NCBI GenBank assembly: GCA_964016885.1
Contig: OZ024741.1
Location: forward strand, 45,012,001-45,076,000
Source of the DNA: Eledone cirrhosa
Lineage: Eukaryota
Direction: 5' to 3'
DNA length: 64,000 nt
Shown here: positions 30,809 to 46,142 of the stretch, piece after piece
How positions within the stretch are numbered: the first letter of the stretch is position 1
Layout: each line of letters begins with the position of its first letter
Notes under the pieces: model-generated
What the model saw: only the letters and a program-made list of their open reading frames with translations
The model's database searches: none
Told to the model about the DNA's origin: nothing
Made by a program: the position numbers and the translations under genes

Positions 30809-30883
<75 letters not shown>

Positions 30884-32390
30884 GGCGTCAGTATGTGTAT
30901 GTTTGTGTGTATATATACATATATTTATGCGTTTATATGTACACACAAATATATATATATTCATAAAACTTTCTATTTATCTATTTATTTATCCTTCTCT
31001 CTATCTCTCTCTATCTTTATATATATACATACATGTTTCAGTTTGTATGCGTGTGTATTTGTGTGTTTGTATGTATATCTAATTATCTATCTATACATCC
31101 ATACATACACATATATATAAATGTGTGTGTGCATGTGAGTGGGTGTTTGTGTGCTTGTATATCTGTGTGTTTGTTTGTGTGTAATAATTAAATATATAGG
31201 AAGCATTTACAAAGAAAAAAAGGAAAAGCGAGACCAAACGGAGAAGGCAGTGCTATTTTTAATAGAATGTGCAATGTGAAGTGGATACAAAGTCGCGCTG
31301 AAATGAGAAAATCCAAGAATGATATCTAATATTTCAAACATTGTTCTTTACAGTATGTAATTAGCTGAGCATTCGACCTTGTGTAGAAGTGAAAGACTGC
31401 CAACTGACAAATGTTATTATCAAATGCGATTTTCTATTTCAGAAAATGCATACTTCGTTTTAACATTATATTCTTCTGAGATCAATTAATGGGATCATAT
31501 TATGTAACGGAACTTATGTAGGTTTTCTTTTGTATTCTAACAGCAAGTAATTTTGACAGTTATATCTTGGTGCGAGTGCAAGCTAAGCAAGATTGAACTG
31601 CATGGATCACCTAAAGCAGTAGTTGGCAAAACTACATTTTTATCCAACAAACCCATGTGCAATTTTATTTGTGCACACTCCTGGTACATTATATTAACGC
31701 ATCTTTTTTATAGGCAGTTATTGGTTTCTACTTCCGGTACAAAGCCAGTATATATGGACGAATGGCAAAGTTGATTAAATTAGTCACGGTGTGGGATTTG
31801 AACTCTAAATGTAAAGACAGAACAAATATATCAATGGTCTTTTGTCCAACGACTACCATTTGTACCAATCCATCCCTTATTTACATTAAAATTGACCACT
31901 AGGTTGCCCTCGATTGAAGGAATTTTCTTCATTAATGGATCATTTAAGGTCATTCTCTGGAAGTTTTAAAGTATGTGTCTGTGTGAGTTTTAGTTTGCTT
32001 GTGTATGTGTGTATCTGTATGTATATATTTAAAGTTAAACGTCAAAATGATAGAGAAATAACGGTATGTGAGAGTGTAGGGTAGAACATTTTATAGTATT
32101 TGTTCCGGCATTCTACAATCTGAGATCGACCACCCTTCATCAACTTTGTACAGACAAACTAATAAACCCACACACGCACATACTCACACACCCATGCACA
32201 TCTATGTCCACCCAAAACATATATTGGTTATTTCACTTTCTAAACCTCTCTATCATGTAAAATACCAACTGACCAGCATTTCTCCAAAATGGTTGACTAA
32301 ATCTACACGTGCTTATTCTCAAAACTTTATTTTTTCTTTTCTTTCCTCATCTCACTCTATCTTTATATTTCTTCTTTTGTTTCTGATTCT

Positions 32391-32427
32391 CTGTTCTGAT
32401 GAAGGACAAGTGTCCCAAATGTAACAG
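32391..32427 (+). ncRNA. Decayed minimal HHR in an old pLTR-like fragment
   Basis: ctgtt-CTGATGA-a-GGAC aagt GTCC-CAAA-TG-TA-acag (G12 changed to C). Confidence 0.55.
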
Positions 32428-32578
32428 GATTTGTCCTACTATATCAAGCGTTAAAGTAATATATATCCTCCCTGCATTGAATTGATTGGTATGTTGTTTC
32501 CGTTTACTTTTGGCATATCAATTGTATGTATATTTCTATCTATCTATCTAATTATCTATCTATGTATCTATACATACG

Positions 32579-32620
<42 letters not shown>

Positions 32621-33329
32621 AATGTATATATATATATGCGTTTGTGTGTGTGTGTGTATGCGATTTGAATTAATTTTGTATATAGCTTATCTTACCTATC
32701 TATGAAATATATTATAACAATATCCAAATAACACGTTTTCTTTCTCTATTCTCCATCTCACTCTATCTACCTCTATATCATACTATCTTTCTATCTCTAC
32801 CTTTGTTCGATCACTTGAGATGATTACATCAACAACTAAACGTTTGAACCCCATAGTAATACAAATGTATTTAGCAGTTGGCTGTTCTTATTGTCTTGAC
32901 ACATTATAATTGCCATAGCTCTTCTCCTCCAAACGAATTAATGAAGATGTTAAATGGGCGTGAAAGATAACTACTATTCTCATCTAAACTAAACTAAATT
33001 TATTTATGGACTTAATTTTAAGCACGTTTCTCTCCTTTAGATATGTTACTGGTAACTCAACTTATTTGCAGCTAATGAGCGGTTGTCTTGTGAATATCTT
33101 GAAACTGTGCTGGTCCATGAGACTATGGCATCTCTGGAGCATCTGTCTAAACACATTATTCTATTTAGAGCTGTTTCTTCGTTACATAATTGTAGACGGA
33201 AGCATAGCTTTGTTGTTAAATAGTTAACTTAGTAATCCTGAAATCCTGCATTCAATTCTACTTTGTAAATTAGTTTACCGTAGTGTTAAAAAGGTGAAGT
33301 TTTGAATTAAATATGCAGTATATGAAGGG

Positions 33330-33951
33330 TCTTTATTGTAATGTAATTCGTAACATGGAGATCAGACACTCACTCAAGGTAGAGTCGATAATTCTCTGAA
33401 TTGAGAGATCACAGCTCAAATACTATGGACATGAAATTAGAATGTCTAAGGAAAGAATCGCTGGACAGATTTTACAGCCAAATACCAACTGGCAGGAGAC
33501 CAAGAGGTAGACACTGAGCAAGATGGTTGTTTAACATCCATGAACTTGGCTGACCTCGCTTGAGGATCCATCTGGATCATTTGAAGACTGTTGTTTCTGA
33601 TAGGACACTGTGGAAGGGATGTCTAAGGACTCTGCCCCAATGATTCACCCAGGAATAAGTGAGCGAATATGAAGGAAATTTTCTATTTTCAGGTTTAGGA
33701 AAGAAAATAAATTCATATACTGTATATTATGTGTATGTTATTTTATATAACCAAACCCATTCATCTTAAAACCAGTTAGCAGCATAGCCAGGGGTAGACA
33801 CTGAGCAAGACGGTTGGATGACATCCATGAGCTTGGTTGAGCTTACTTGGGGATCCAACCTGGGAGGAAGAAGAAGAAGAAGAAGAAGAAGAAGAAGAAG
33901 AAGAAGAAGAAGAAGAAGAAGAAGAAGAAGAAGAAGAAGAAGAAGAAGAAG
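33330..33951 (+). mobile_element. LINE 3'-end fragments (RTE-like) with (GAA)n tail; related copy at 62320-62593
   Basis: GRRPRGR...RW-type C-terminal coding remnant shared between the loci, each followed by (GAA)n. Confidence 0.65.
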
Positions 33952-35186
33952 ATGTACCGTATATTGAAGCATAAGGCGGTGAATTGGCAGAGTCGTAATC
34001 ACGTCAGATAGAATGCTTTGTGGTATTCGTTTTGGCTCTCTATTTTCGGAGTTCAACTCCCACTGAGTTCAACGTTCCCTCTCATCTACTCGAGGTCGAT
34101 AAAAATTACCAGTCTAGTAATAGGGTTGATTCTTCTTCTCTATATTTTTCTCACTTCCATTCTCTCACTCTCTATCTTTCTTAGAAGAAATCTGCTGTAT
34201 TCAGACATGGAGAGGCGATGGACGCCGCAAGGTTTTAAAATGCCCTAGATATTCCGTATGTCAATGCTGCGCATCTACGACGTCCTCAGAAGTTTCGGGA
34301 ACATGCATGTATATTGAAGTATATTGATGAGTATATATATATATATATATATATAATGGACGCAGTCATAACTAAAATAAAACATGTGCAAACCTATCGG
34401 ATGAGCTCTAATTGCAATTTTAATGTCAAACCTTGTCACATATTGTCCTGCTGATTCGGCTTGTAGATAACTTTAAGGGTACACGTGTCTGTGAAATGCT
34501 CAATCACTTTCACAAGTAAGACTTTCTGTTGGTGGGCAGAAATGCTCGTCATAAAAACCAACACCACTAGCACCCCATCCTCCACCCACCTTCAGCAGCA
34601 CCACTACCACCATAAACATTGATCATTTTAGAAATCTTTATACTTCAAAACAACCAACCAATATTCTTTAAACTGATTATTGAAATGTTTTCTTGTTATC
34701 ACTATCACCATCATCACTATCACTGATAGTCAATACAGTCATTTCTACAATTGTTCCCACGCCAACTATTAACTAAATAAAACTGTGCATCTTTGGTTGT
34801 AGATTAACGGATATTGTGACAATACTGTAGAGATGCACCTTCCTCGTTTTATAATAGTTTGCTTTTGAACAAACGTGATCGGAAAATATATTTTTTTAAA
34901 CTTCAAACAGATGTGAAACTTTTAACGTCCTGCTCGCATGAAACCATATCGCCAAACATAAGGGAGAAAACTCTATTCTATGGCTAACATTCTTTTACTG
35001 AGTTTTCCCAATCTTCTAAATCTCCTGAAAATATGCGGCCTGGGGTTTTAATTACTCAGAAGACTGGGGAAGTATTTGAATGCGTAAGTTGCTGGTCCAT
35101 TCTTCAATATATTAAGATTGTTTCTGCACCATGCAACATTAATCTGCTGTTATTTGAATCCACATATATATCATTTTAAAATGTCA

Positions 35187-35275
<89 letters not shown>

Positions 35276-35373
35276 GGCTGTTGTTGCTGCTACTAATACT
35301 GCTGCTACCGCTACTACTAACTACCGCTACAACAACAACAATAACTATTACTACTAATACGAATACTACTATA

Positions 35374-35416
<43 letters not shown>

Positions 35417-35444
35417 TCAAAACCACCATCTCTAATACTAATCT

Positions 35445-35755
35445 ACTAGCACGCCGTCGGTTACGACAACGAGTATTCCTGTTGATATATCAACGGAAGA
35501 GCCTGCACATGAAATTAACGTACAAGTGGCTGAGCATTCCACAGACACGTTCACCCTTAACGTACTTCTCCGGGTGATACAACGTGACAAGACTGGCGCT
35601 TCGAATTGCATGTACGACACATTGTTGCCAGCTGAGTGAACTGGAGCAACGTGAAATAAAGTGTCTTGCTCAAGGACACAACGTCCCACCAGGCATCGAA
35701 CTTACGACCTTACGATTGTGAGCCGAATACCTGACCACAAAGCCACGCACCTTCA

Positions 35756-35757
<2 letters not shown>
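35445..35757 (-). mobile_element. Second tRNA-derived SINE family (central tccttgagcaagacactt motif), within (ACT)n repeats
   Basis: Minus strand tRNA-like head with GTTCGAT B-box, then a central domain of the CORE/Deu type. Decayed relative at ~59150-59500. Confidence 0.75.
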
Positions 35758-35790
<33 letters not shown>

Positions 35791-35804
35791 CTACCGCCAC
35801 CACC

Positions 35805-35851
<47 letters not shown>

Positions 35852-38062
35852 ACTAGCATTCGCACGAATCGTTTTTAAGAGCGCAGCAAGTTAAATCAGT
35901 CAAATTTAAATCATAGAAATAAAAAATAGTTTCTTGTTGAAGTTATTGAAATTATTTTTGTTGTTTTAATAAGCGACAAGTAATTTAAATATAATGGGTA
36001 AATATCGCATAATTCTGATTTAATGAACTTAAACAAAATTGAATTTGTTTCTCTTTTGGACAACAAGGGTTTAACTACCCCCCCCCCCCAAAAAAAAACC
36101 CATATAATTGGACTATAAATTATATTGATGTTAACTGAAAAATAATCAAAACTCTCAATTACCTCTACCCTTCAGTCATCAATACCATCTTTCACCAATT
36201 ATTCTAAGCCCTCCCATTCAACAATATCTGCTCCTACCACGGTTCACACTCTCGTTACTGTTATCTTTAAATTTTCTATAACTTCCCAATGTTTATCGTC
36301 CTCGCCAACATCGCCATTATCTATAAAGTATTCTTTAACACAACCACTAAAATCATAAATATAATGTACACGTGTAATTTTTATTAGTACCAGACTACCA
36401 TTGCCATTATATGCTTCGTATCATCAGCAGCACTAACAATGACACCACTTGCTACTTTAAACATACACACCAGTTACACAGCTATTAATACAACCAACAG
36501 TAATAACAACAATAATCCAAATGCCTCCCCCCTGCTGACCACAAATGTTAATACCACTTCGACCATCAAAACACTATCCCCAACGGCAACACCACCCCCT
36601 ACGCCCCACCACTCACCCATTCCACCAACATCACTGATACCACACTACTCCAAATGTATCAACTACAATCGTCAACCCCATCATCCTCATCACTAGTACC
36701 ACTTCGACCACCACAATCACGACTACCATCATTGTCAACGCCGTTAATGTCGTCTCCTCCACTACCATCACTATATATTTTCATCACAAACACCAAAAAC
36801 ACCACCACTAGTACGACCACTATTCTCAACACCAGCACTGTCGTCACGCCCACGCCCACTACCATCACCATCACCACCACCACCACGACTCCTGACGTCA
36901 ATATAACTACTATCATCACCTCCGTCGTTACCAACACTACTGCCAGCAACACCGCCAAGAATAACAATCAGAATATTTCACCACCTCCACCATCACCTGC
37001 ATAACCTGTATTACAACTAATATAATTTAAGACAACAGTAACCAGAACACCTACAACATCATCTAAAACAACAATAACAACAACAGCAAGACCTATACAT
37101 TACCGTGTGTATAATTTACGCAAGATAATGGATTTTAATCAGTTTTTGCAACTGACATCACTTATTTACGATGACGGCCATTTTACGATCAAAATCTTGC
37201 TGTGTTGTGACTAGTTAACATTTCGCAGCTTCCCGTCCACCCTTTTCATCTATTTACGAACATAATTTTATTATTTGTCACATTTCACGCCACAAAATTG
37301 TTACGTTGTATTGCTGTTTGGTTTGGTTTTGTTTTTTTCAATTTTATTTATAGTGTTTGTTATTCTCGATATATAGTTAATGTATTTTTTTGTTTGGTTT
37401 GTTTCTGTTATCTTTATTTTGTTTGTTGTTTTTGTTTCTCGTTCATGAGATGATGATGTTATGGGGTTATGGAAATATATTGCTTCTGTAACTGCGTGAT
37501 TGTGAATATCATTTTAGCCAAAATATCAATTTTAATTAAATGATGCAATAAAACGAAGGGAACCATTTTGACATTTACCGTATCTTACACAATAAGGATA
37601 CATTGCTCGTTCCTATAATAATCCAAACGTTGGTAAAATAATAAATTCTAAATTTGACTTGTAGTTGAATTCAAGTTTTCTTAATTTATTTGTAAATCTT
37701 ATTTGGTATTTACATTGATTCTATAGAAAAGTAAACTTTTTAACTAATCTTGCTTTAAGTGAAACCAGGTTGCCGAATCGGCGGTAGCGTCGTATCGCAT
37801 TCGATTTTCGCGTCGTCTCCGACTTAAGATACGGTTACGTTGAGTTATCCTTTACTTTTTCTTTTCTTTTGCATTTGATAAATAAAGGCTACTAGTAGAG
37901 TTGTTTTTGTTTTTGTTTTATTCATCTTTCTCTCACCTTCTCCTTTTCAAAATCATAGCTGAAGGCTTTCAAAATGTTTATTCGCAAACATACCACATAT
38001 CGCTAGATATACAAAATACGTATACTGTTATCTATACAAGTATGTTAGAGCTAACACCTTAA

Positions 38063-38097
<35 letters not shown>

Positions 38098-38104
38098 AAA
38101 CACA

Positions 38105-38845
<741 letters not shown>

Positions 38846-38846
38846 T

Positions 38847-41136
38847 ATGGATTACAATGCTTACCGTAATTTTATCTATAAGGAGCTGCATAAAAATTAC
38901 AAAAAGACAACGCAAGATAATTTGGATCATATCAATAATGAGGGTCTCAAGATAGTTTCGGACCTGGGCCTTGATAAGTATACCCAGCCATATTACCCTA
39001 GGGAACCGAGATTCACTCTTAAGGATCATAAGGTAGACTTCATTAGTAATCCTTCTGTTAGACTCATTAGTCCTTCTAAGTCTGATATAGCTATAATTAG
39101 TAAGACAATCCTTGACCTGATTATACCAGCCGTTAGGGAAAAGGTTTATTTTAATCTATGGGGGAACACTAAGGATGTTATAGATTGGTTCTCTGGTATT
39201 AATAAACTTGAGTCTAGTAGGTTTATCCAGTTTGATATTGATGCCTATTACACGTCGATTTCACCTATCCTCCTTAATAAAGCCTTAATTATGGCCATGC
39301 GAGTGTCTAGCCTTACACGACCGCAGATTGATGTTAAACTAGCAGCCCGTAGGACTATCATCAAATTCGAGGATACAGTTTGGACGCATAAAAACACACC
39401 CAACAATTTCGACGTTACAATGGGTTCGAGTGATTCGGCCCAGGTAACTGATCTTGTTGGGCTGTTCCTCCTAAATGAACTGTATGTTACCTTTCCGCAC
39501 CTTAAAGGCGGACTTTATCGTGACGATGCATTGTTTGTGATAAACTCTAGCACCAATAACATTGAGCATAATAGGAAGAAACTTTATACATTTTTTTTAA
39601 TTTTAACCTTTCGATCACGATTGATAGAAATGATAGAGCGGTCAACTTTTTAGATGTGACTTTGGACTTGGTCACTAATAGTTATAAACCCTTCCATAAG
39701 CCAAATGAGATACTCTCTTATGTTAATCCCAATTCTAACCACCCCAAATCTATGATTAGCTCTATAATTAACGGTGTATCTAATAGAATTTCCACACTCT
39801 CTAAGGATATAGGAATATTTAATTCACATGCAGAGTACTATAATAATGCCCTAGCTAACTCTGGTTACTCTGGTAAAATACGTTATAATGAGAACAACCT
39901 TAGAAAGTCTCCGTTTACCCATAATAATAATAACGTAATTTCCCATAATATGGCCATGAATGGGAGTAGAAAGCATAAGAATCGTAGAAATCCCATAGGT
40001 GTATCCGAACCAATCCATAGGTTTAGCTACCGTAATCGTAATAGTGATTCTAATGGTACACTCTTTGGGATTAGTTCTAGGGAACAAGTTAGGTACTCTG
40101 ATCGCTCACCCAGTGGTAATGTTTTTACTAATTCTAATAGTGTTGTTTCAACTGATCCTGGTAGTAACCCTAATCCTATTGATATGATTCCAGATAACAG
40201 TAGATATACTAAAGGTAGAAACAGAAGGAGACTCAATAAGGTTTTGGCTGCTTCTAATAATGTTGTTTCAACTAGTCCTCGTAGTAACCCTGATCCTATT
40301 AGTGGGATACTGGATAACGGTAGAGTTCGTAAGGATAGAAATAGGAGGAGACTCAATACTTATTTTAACCCGCCTTATGATCATGAAGTATTAACTAACA
40401 TCCCTAGGTCTTTCTTTTCTATCTTAGAGAAAAGTTTCCCTCCTACTAATAAATACCATGGTATTTTAATAAAAATGTAATTAAACTATCATTCTCTACC
40501 ACCCCTAATATTAGTTCTCATTTAGCTAGCACTAACAATAAGAAAATTAGGGACAGCTACTCCTCTTTGCGTACTACTAGTCTTGATAGATCCATTAATG
40601 CCTTACCACCTGAGCAGACCTTATCTTATAATAACCCTAGAAGTGATGCATCACTCATTCAGCCGTTCAATAGCACCAGGAAGTGTAACTGTAGAGTAAG
40701 TATTAACTGCCCTTTAAATGGTCACTGCCTCTCTAGGAACATTGTTTATGCTTGTGAAGTTAAGACTGATTCTTCTAATAGCACATATATAGGCTCCATT
40801 TCTAATACTTTTAAAACTAGGTTTAATTCTCATATCTCTAATTTTAAGCATGTTAAGTTTAAGAACTCTACTTCTTTAGCACACCATATCTGGGATCTTA
40901 AAGGGGCAGGCATGCCATATAGCCTTAATTGGGGTATAGTAGCACGCTCTAATAACCTATCAACACACACTAAATTCTGTAATCTCTGTATCCTAGAGAC
41001 TCACTCTATAATTTTCTCTAGGGAAGTTTTGCTTAATAGAAAGTCTGAGATATTTTCTTCCTGCCCCCATGCCATTTCTAATTCTTTCTTCTATTATAAA
41101 CCTAAAAGTTCTGGTGGTTTAAATCGTATCCATTAG
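38847..41136 (+). pseudogene. Naiad-like PLE RT-GIY-YIG ORF (5'-truncated, two frameshifts); AT-rich UTR follows to ~41990
   Basis: FTLKDHK, VRLISPSKS, FIQFDIDAYY, TMGSSDSAQVTDLVG, GGLYRDDAL, YFNPP, CNC..CPL, NIVYAC..YIGS, CNLC. Confidence 0.93.
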
Positions 41137-42220
41137 CTGCTATATTTCCTCATCTTTTTTGTTTAGGTTCATTTTGATTACCATCATCTTTATTATTATT
41201 AGTTTTTTTTACAACTTTTCGATTTTATTTTCCATAGTCTTTTGGCTACCATACCCTATCTATCGTCTTAAGCATTATTATAGTTTCACTACTAACACCT
41301 TATGGGTTTATATCTTATTAAATACTTTCGTTGGAGTCTCATTCAACTAATGTACCTCATCCTCTACACACTTAATATCCGCCCCTTCTATTATACTATA
41401 TATAAATTTCACCTTTATGCTCCTTTTATGATAATATATAATATATTGATTTTACTTTTATGCTCCTTCCTATCCTCCATAACCTCTCTTCTTTCTGTTC
41501 CCATTGGTCTACCATAGTTCTATTTAGAGTCCTTTTATTTGATAACGTTATTTGACTGAACAGAGCATATTTTACTCTATTCTTGATAATTTTATTGAAA
41601 TATCTCAAACTTATACGTTTTTGAAGTGACTAAATATGTATTTTAAATACTTTTAATATTAATTAATTTAAAAAGGTTTTCTAGTCAATTCGCCGCTTAC
41701 ATTTCTATCTCTTCTTTTACTTAAGCGCTTGTGACACCTAAGTAAATATACTTGTTTTTGTTTTTCGATCTTCGGTTTATTGTATTTATTTTTTAACTAC
41801 CACACGCTGTTCATTAATATATTTCTGTGTATCTCAACCACGTAAATATTTATTAAGCATTTCCTTACACTCTGTTTGATATTTGATATTAACGTTGTTA
41901 TATCATATCATTTTTATGTAATCGTATTATAGATTTTAATATATGTTATTTGATGTATTGTTCTGTTATATTTTGTAATATTTTGTGATATTTTGGTAAT
42001 ATACACACATATATATAGAGTACAAACATATACACAGTTAAGTATATACATACAAATATATATATACACACACACATATATACACACACACACATATACA
42101 AGAGAAAAATACATACAACCACATACACACATATATATAAATAATTACGTATATATAAAATTATACATACATGCACACATACGCATATGTACACGTACAT
42201 ACGCACGCACACACACGCAT

Positions 42221-42251
<31 letters not shown>

Positions 42252-42508
42252 AAAGTGGAAGGGGTACTCAATAAGTTGGAAATCGGACAAATATAAATAT
42301 ATATATATGTTTATAACTGATTTAGAGCACTCAACAAATTCCTGGAGTAAATATTCAATGATATTAAATATTTAATATCTTTGTAAATATATATATATAT
42401 ATATATATATACATACATATATATATACACACATATACACACACACGCACATACATAAAGTTGCATCACCACATATATATATAAAACACACACTTATTAA
42501 CACACACT

Positions 42509-42540
<32 letters not shown>

Positions 42541-42615
42541 AATATACATACATATACAAACACATATACATAAACATACATATACACGCACAATAATTAC
42601 ACACTCATAAGCACA

Positions 42616-42691
<76 letters not shown>

Positions 42692-42929
42692 CATACAGAA
42701 AGAGGTGGGTGTGTAAAGGAAAAGGTAGAAAGTAAAAGGGAATATAAGCCAACAGAATTATAAATAACATAAGAAAAAATATAAATATAAGAGGAGATGA
42801 GGGAGAAAAAGAATATATGGGTGAAGAATGTGAGTTAAGGTGGTATTAATAATCGTAGTGGATGTAAGGCCTAATGAGTAAAGAAGAAGTTCAAGGTGGT
42901 TGAGTCATCGTAGGAATGTCAATCCAGTT

Positions 42930-43285
42930 ACAAAGTAGATGTGATTTCAGGTGAGGACAACATCTGAAGATCTCGGTCTTGGATTTAAGGCAAGTGGACG
43001 TGGGTTTCCAATTTTGGAGAATTCTAAATTTTTCCGTGGTGCACAAAGAACATTTCTTTGTGCCCATTTGGTATTCTCTTGAATGGTCTAAAATAGACCA
43101 ATCGTTAGTGTACGGGATGCTTTATTTGCGAGAGCCGTTGCTGTTCTTTTATCAGGGTGTTTAAAAGAAGCGACATGTACATAAAATGTGGTTTTGAAAC
43201 TGTCCTGAGTCATGCCAACATATCGTTCACTCCTGGCCGGCTGGTTGTTAATCACGGTGTCAATTTGGCCTTCATTCATTCATAC

Positions 43286-43290
<5 letters not shown>
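42930..43290 (-). pseudogene. Naiad-like GIY-YIG fragment
   Basis: RYVGMTQDSFKT..YVH.ASFKHP....TALA in ORF 43088-43279. Confidence 0.75.
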
Positions 43291-43368
<78 letters not shown>

Positions 43369-43465
43369 CGAAGGAAATGTGGTAAGGAACCAGGTGGACC
43401 ATAACGAAAGTCCAGAATTAGCCGTCGAAACGGCTTGAGCTCAGCTGTCGGGGTCTTACTGGTTC

Positions 43466-43623
<158 letters not shown>

Positions 43624-43713
43624 ATAATAATAAATTTGAAGACTAAATTCCAAAGAGGGCTCGATAAGGATAAATATATATCAAATATATAAGAACCGTA
43701 GTGCAAATAATAA

Positions 43714-43758
<45 letters not shown>

Positions 43759-43829
43759 GTATGAATGAATGAAGGCCAAGGAGTGATTGATATGTGGGCA
43801 TGACTCAGAATAGGTTCAAAACCAGGTTT

Positions 43830-44448
43830 ATTTCATTAATAACCAATCAAATTACATTTAAAAAAAGCCTTCCTGAGCCACTTTTTTTATTGTCATAAAA
43901 TTCTTTAAAAGGCTACAAAATAAATTTCCAAATACGGGCGCGAAATTTAATGAAATTGTTCACGTGACACCCATAATTTCATTTATAACCAATCAAATTA
44001 CATTTAAAAAAAGAAGACTTCGTGAGCCCTTTTTTAATGTAAAAAGAAATTCAAAGGCTCATATATGAAAAAACAACCTGAGCCACCCGCCCACCTTGTT
44101 TGAAGAACTATGTAACGCAAACTGGCGCGAAATTTATTATACTTATTGAACGACCAATCAAATTACTTCTCTAAAAACCTGGCTTTTCGAGGCACTTTTT
44201 TCCGTATAAAACAAGTAACATTCAAAGACCAACCAGATGTGAGAAAAACCACAGACCCTCCATCTCAAGTCTACTTTTGAATGAAAAGCAGAAGAACTGC
44301 GAAACCGGTAAAGGAATCAAATAAATATATATATTTAAAAAAAAATAAAACTCCACTTGCATTTTCGATTTCATCTTTAATTCTTTATACTTTCACTCGT
44401 GTAGGACACCTCGGTTATATTTCATTTTGTAAAAAACCTCACTTTCTA

Positions 44449-44449
<1 letters not shown>
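43830..44449 (+). mobile_element. Family F pLTR-like element: three ~150-bp subrepeats, then HHR (44274-44313); second copy at 54052-54258 minus
   Basis: 44240-44448 matches the reverse complement of 54052-54258; both end at (TA)n. Confidence 0.75.
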
Positions 44450-44493
<44 letters not shown>

Positions 44494-44603
44494 AAAAAGT
44501 ATTACCCCGACGGCAGAGCTCAAGCAACCGTCGAAACGGCTTGAGCTCTACCGTCGGGGTCATACTTTATCTTATACTGTCATTTCTATAATATGAAGAG
44601 GGT

Positions 44604-44674
<71 letters not shown>

Positions 44675-44823
44675 AATTAAAATACTAGAGTGTGTTGAAG
44701 TTAAACACCCTCTTCATATTATAGAAATGACAGTATAAGATATAGCTCAATGTAATTAAACAGAGCCGAAGAATTATAAAAGATAAACCAAAGAAGCCTT
44801 CAATACATCAAAAGTCTTTATTA

Positions 44824-44861
44824 GCCAACAATGTTTCGTCCTATTAAGGACTCATCAGGGC
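44824..44861 (-). ncRNA. Canonical-core minimal hammerhead ribozyme in family G pLTR (44672-45007)
   Basis: gcc-CTGATGA-GTCCT taat AGGAC-GAAA-CATTG-TT-ggc. Confidence 0.85.
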
Positions 44862-45007
44862 AAGTAAAGCTACAAGAAGCACTATCGGCCAATGCAAGCC
44901 AAAAACTCAGAAGAATATGGAGTATACATCTATTAAAGCCTAGGAAGGATATCAAGGAAAAGTAGGCTAAGATTAAGAGTGAGCAGTTACAAACATAGAT
45001 ATAGACC

Positions 45008-46098
45008 AAATATAAATTTATAAATTTATAAATTTTTGGTTGGTTGGTTGGTTTGTTCTACAATGGGACGGTTTTTCATATATTGTTCATATATTGTCAA
45101 AGTTCTTTCGTCACGCATTCTGTGACCTCTATGTTTTGTGCACCTCCTTTGTTCTGTCCTACGCCATGTTGTTTTTGTGTGTGTGTTGTGTGCTTAGTTT
45201 GCGCCTCTGTTACATCCAGGGTCTGTGTGTGTCTTTGTTTGTTTATGTATGTGTTTAGTTACATGTTACTGGTTGGTTGTTTATTCTATGTGTGTGTTTT
45301 ACATTTTGTCCTCAATTGTAAGTTGTGATGTTGCTATTCCACTCATGTTTTCTATTTAATTCTGGTTGGAGTTCATTTATGTTTATTGCCTCTGTGATTT
45401 GTCTAAACATTGCGTCTTTTCTGTGTGTAAATTTTATTTTTATTTCTATGTTCTCTAATTTGCCCTTATATTCTATTTTAGCATGTTGGTGGAGTACTGA
45501 TGAATCTTTTCTATCTTGAAGCTCTCGCCAGTGTTCATTTAATCGTTCTCCTATACTACGAGCTGTCGCCGCTATGTAAACTATATTCTTATCTTTACAT
45601 TGTCCTTCAGTACATCTTATGCTATATACTATGTTTCTATTTTTACAGTTAAGATGGGGGCTTAGTTTACAGATTATGCATTTCTTATCTATACAGGGAG
45701 GTCTTTGAAAAGGGTATGTATTACTAATAAGTGTTCTTATGGAGGTACCTGGGCGTTCTACTATCTTAATATTTAGTTTAAGTTTATCTAGGTCCCTTCT
45801 AAATTTGTAAGCTAATTCACCTCTAGGGGTTGTATTGATAAACATTACACTCTGGTATTTATTGTTATCATACCATGAGTTTATTCTATTAATCTTATTC
45901 CTAGTTCTTTCTATTCTGTTCCAAAATAGAAATAGGTCCCATTTGTATCATTATTTACCATTTAATTTATAATAGATTGGAGTGAAAGCAGCTGGTGCGT
46001 GTGTTTCTTATTGGCAACCTGACCCTCCCAAAGTATAACAATATCGGTTTCAACACAAGTTTTCAGATAAAGAATCTTACTAAACAAATTCAGAAATG

Positions 46099-46102
<4 letters not shown>
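45008..46102. mobile_element. PLE family B 3' fragment (GIY-YIG ORF 45312-45845, minus) with inverted long 3' end (45965-46102)
   Basis: NIVYSIRC..YIA.T.RSIGER..EH...RQITEA...LNRKHEW. The HHR core is deleted at ~45130. Confidence 0.88.

Positions 46103-46139
<37 letters not shown>

Positions 46140-46142
<3 letters not shown>

Noticed and set aside
35118-37004. Thr/Pro/Ala-rich mucin-like ORFs
   Set aside because: Degenerate (ACT)n, (GCT)n and (CAC)n repeats with no splice or domain support.
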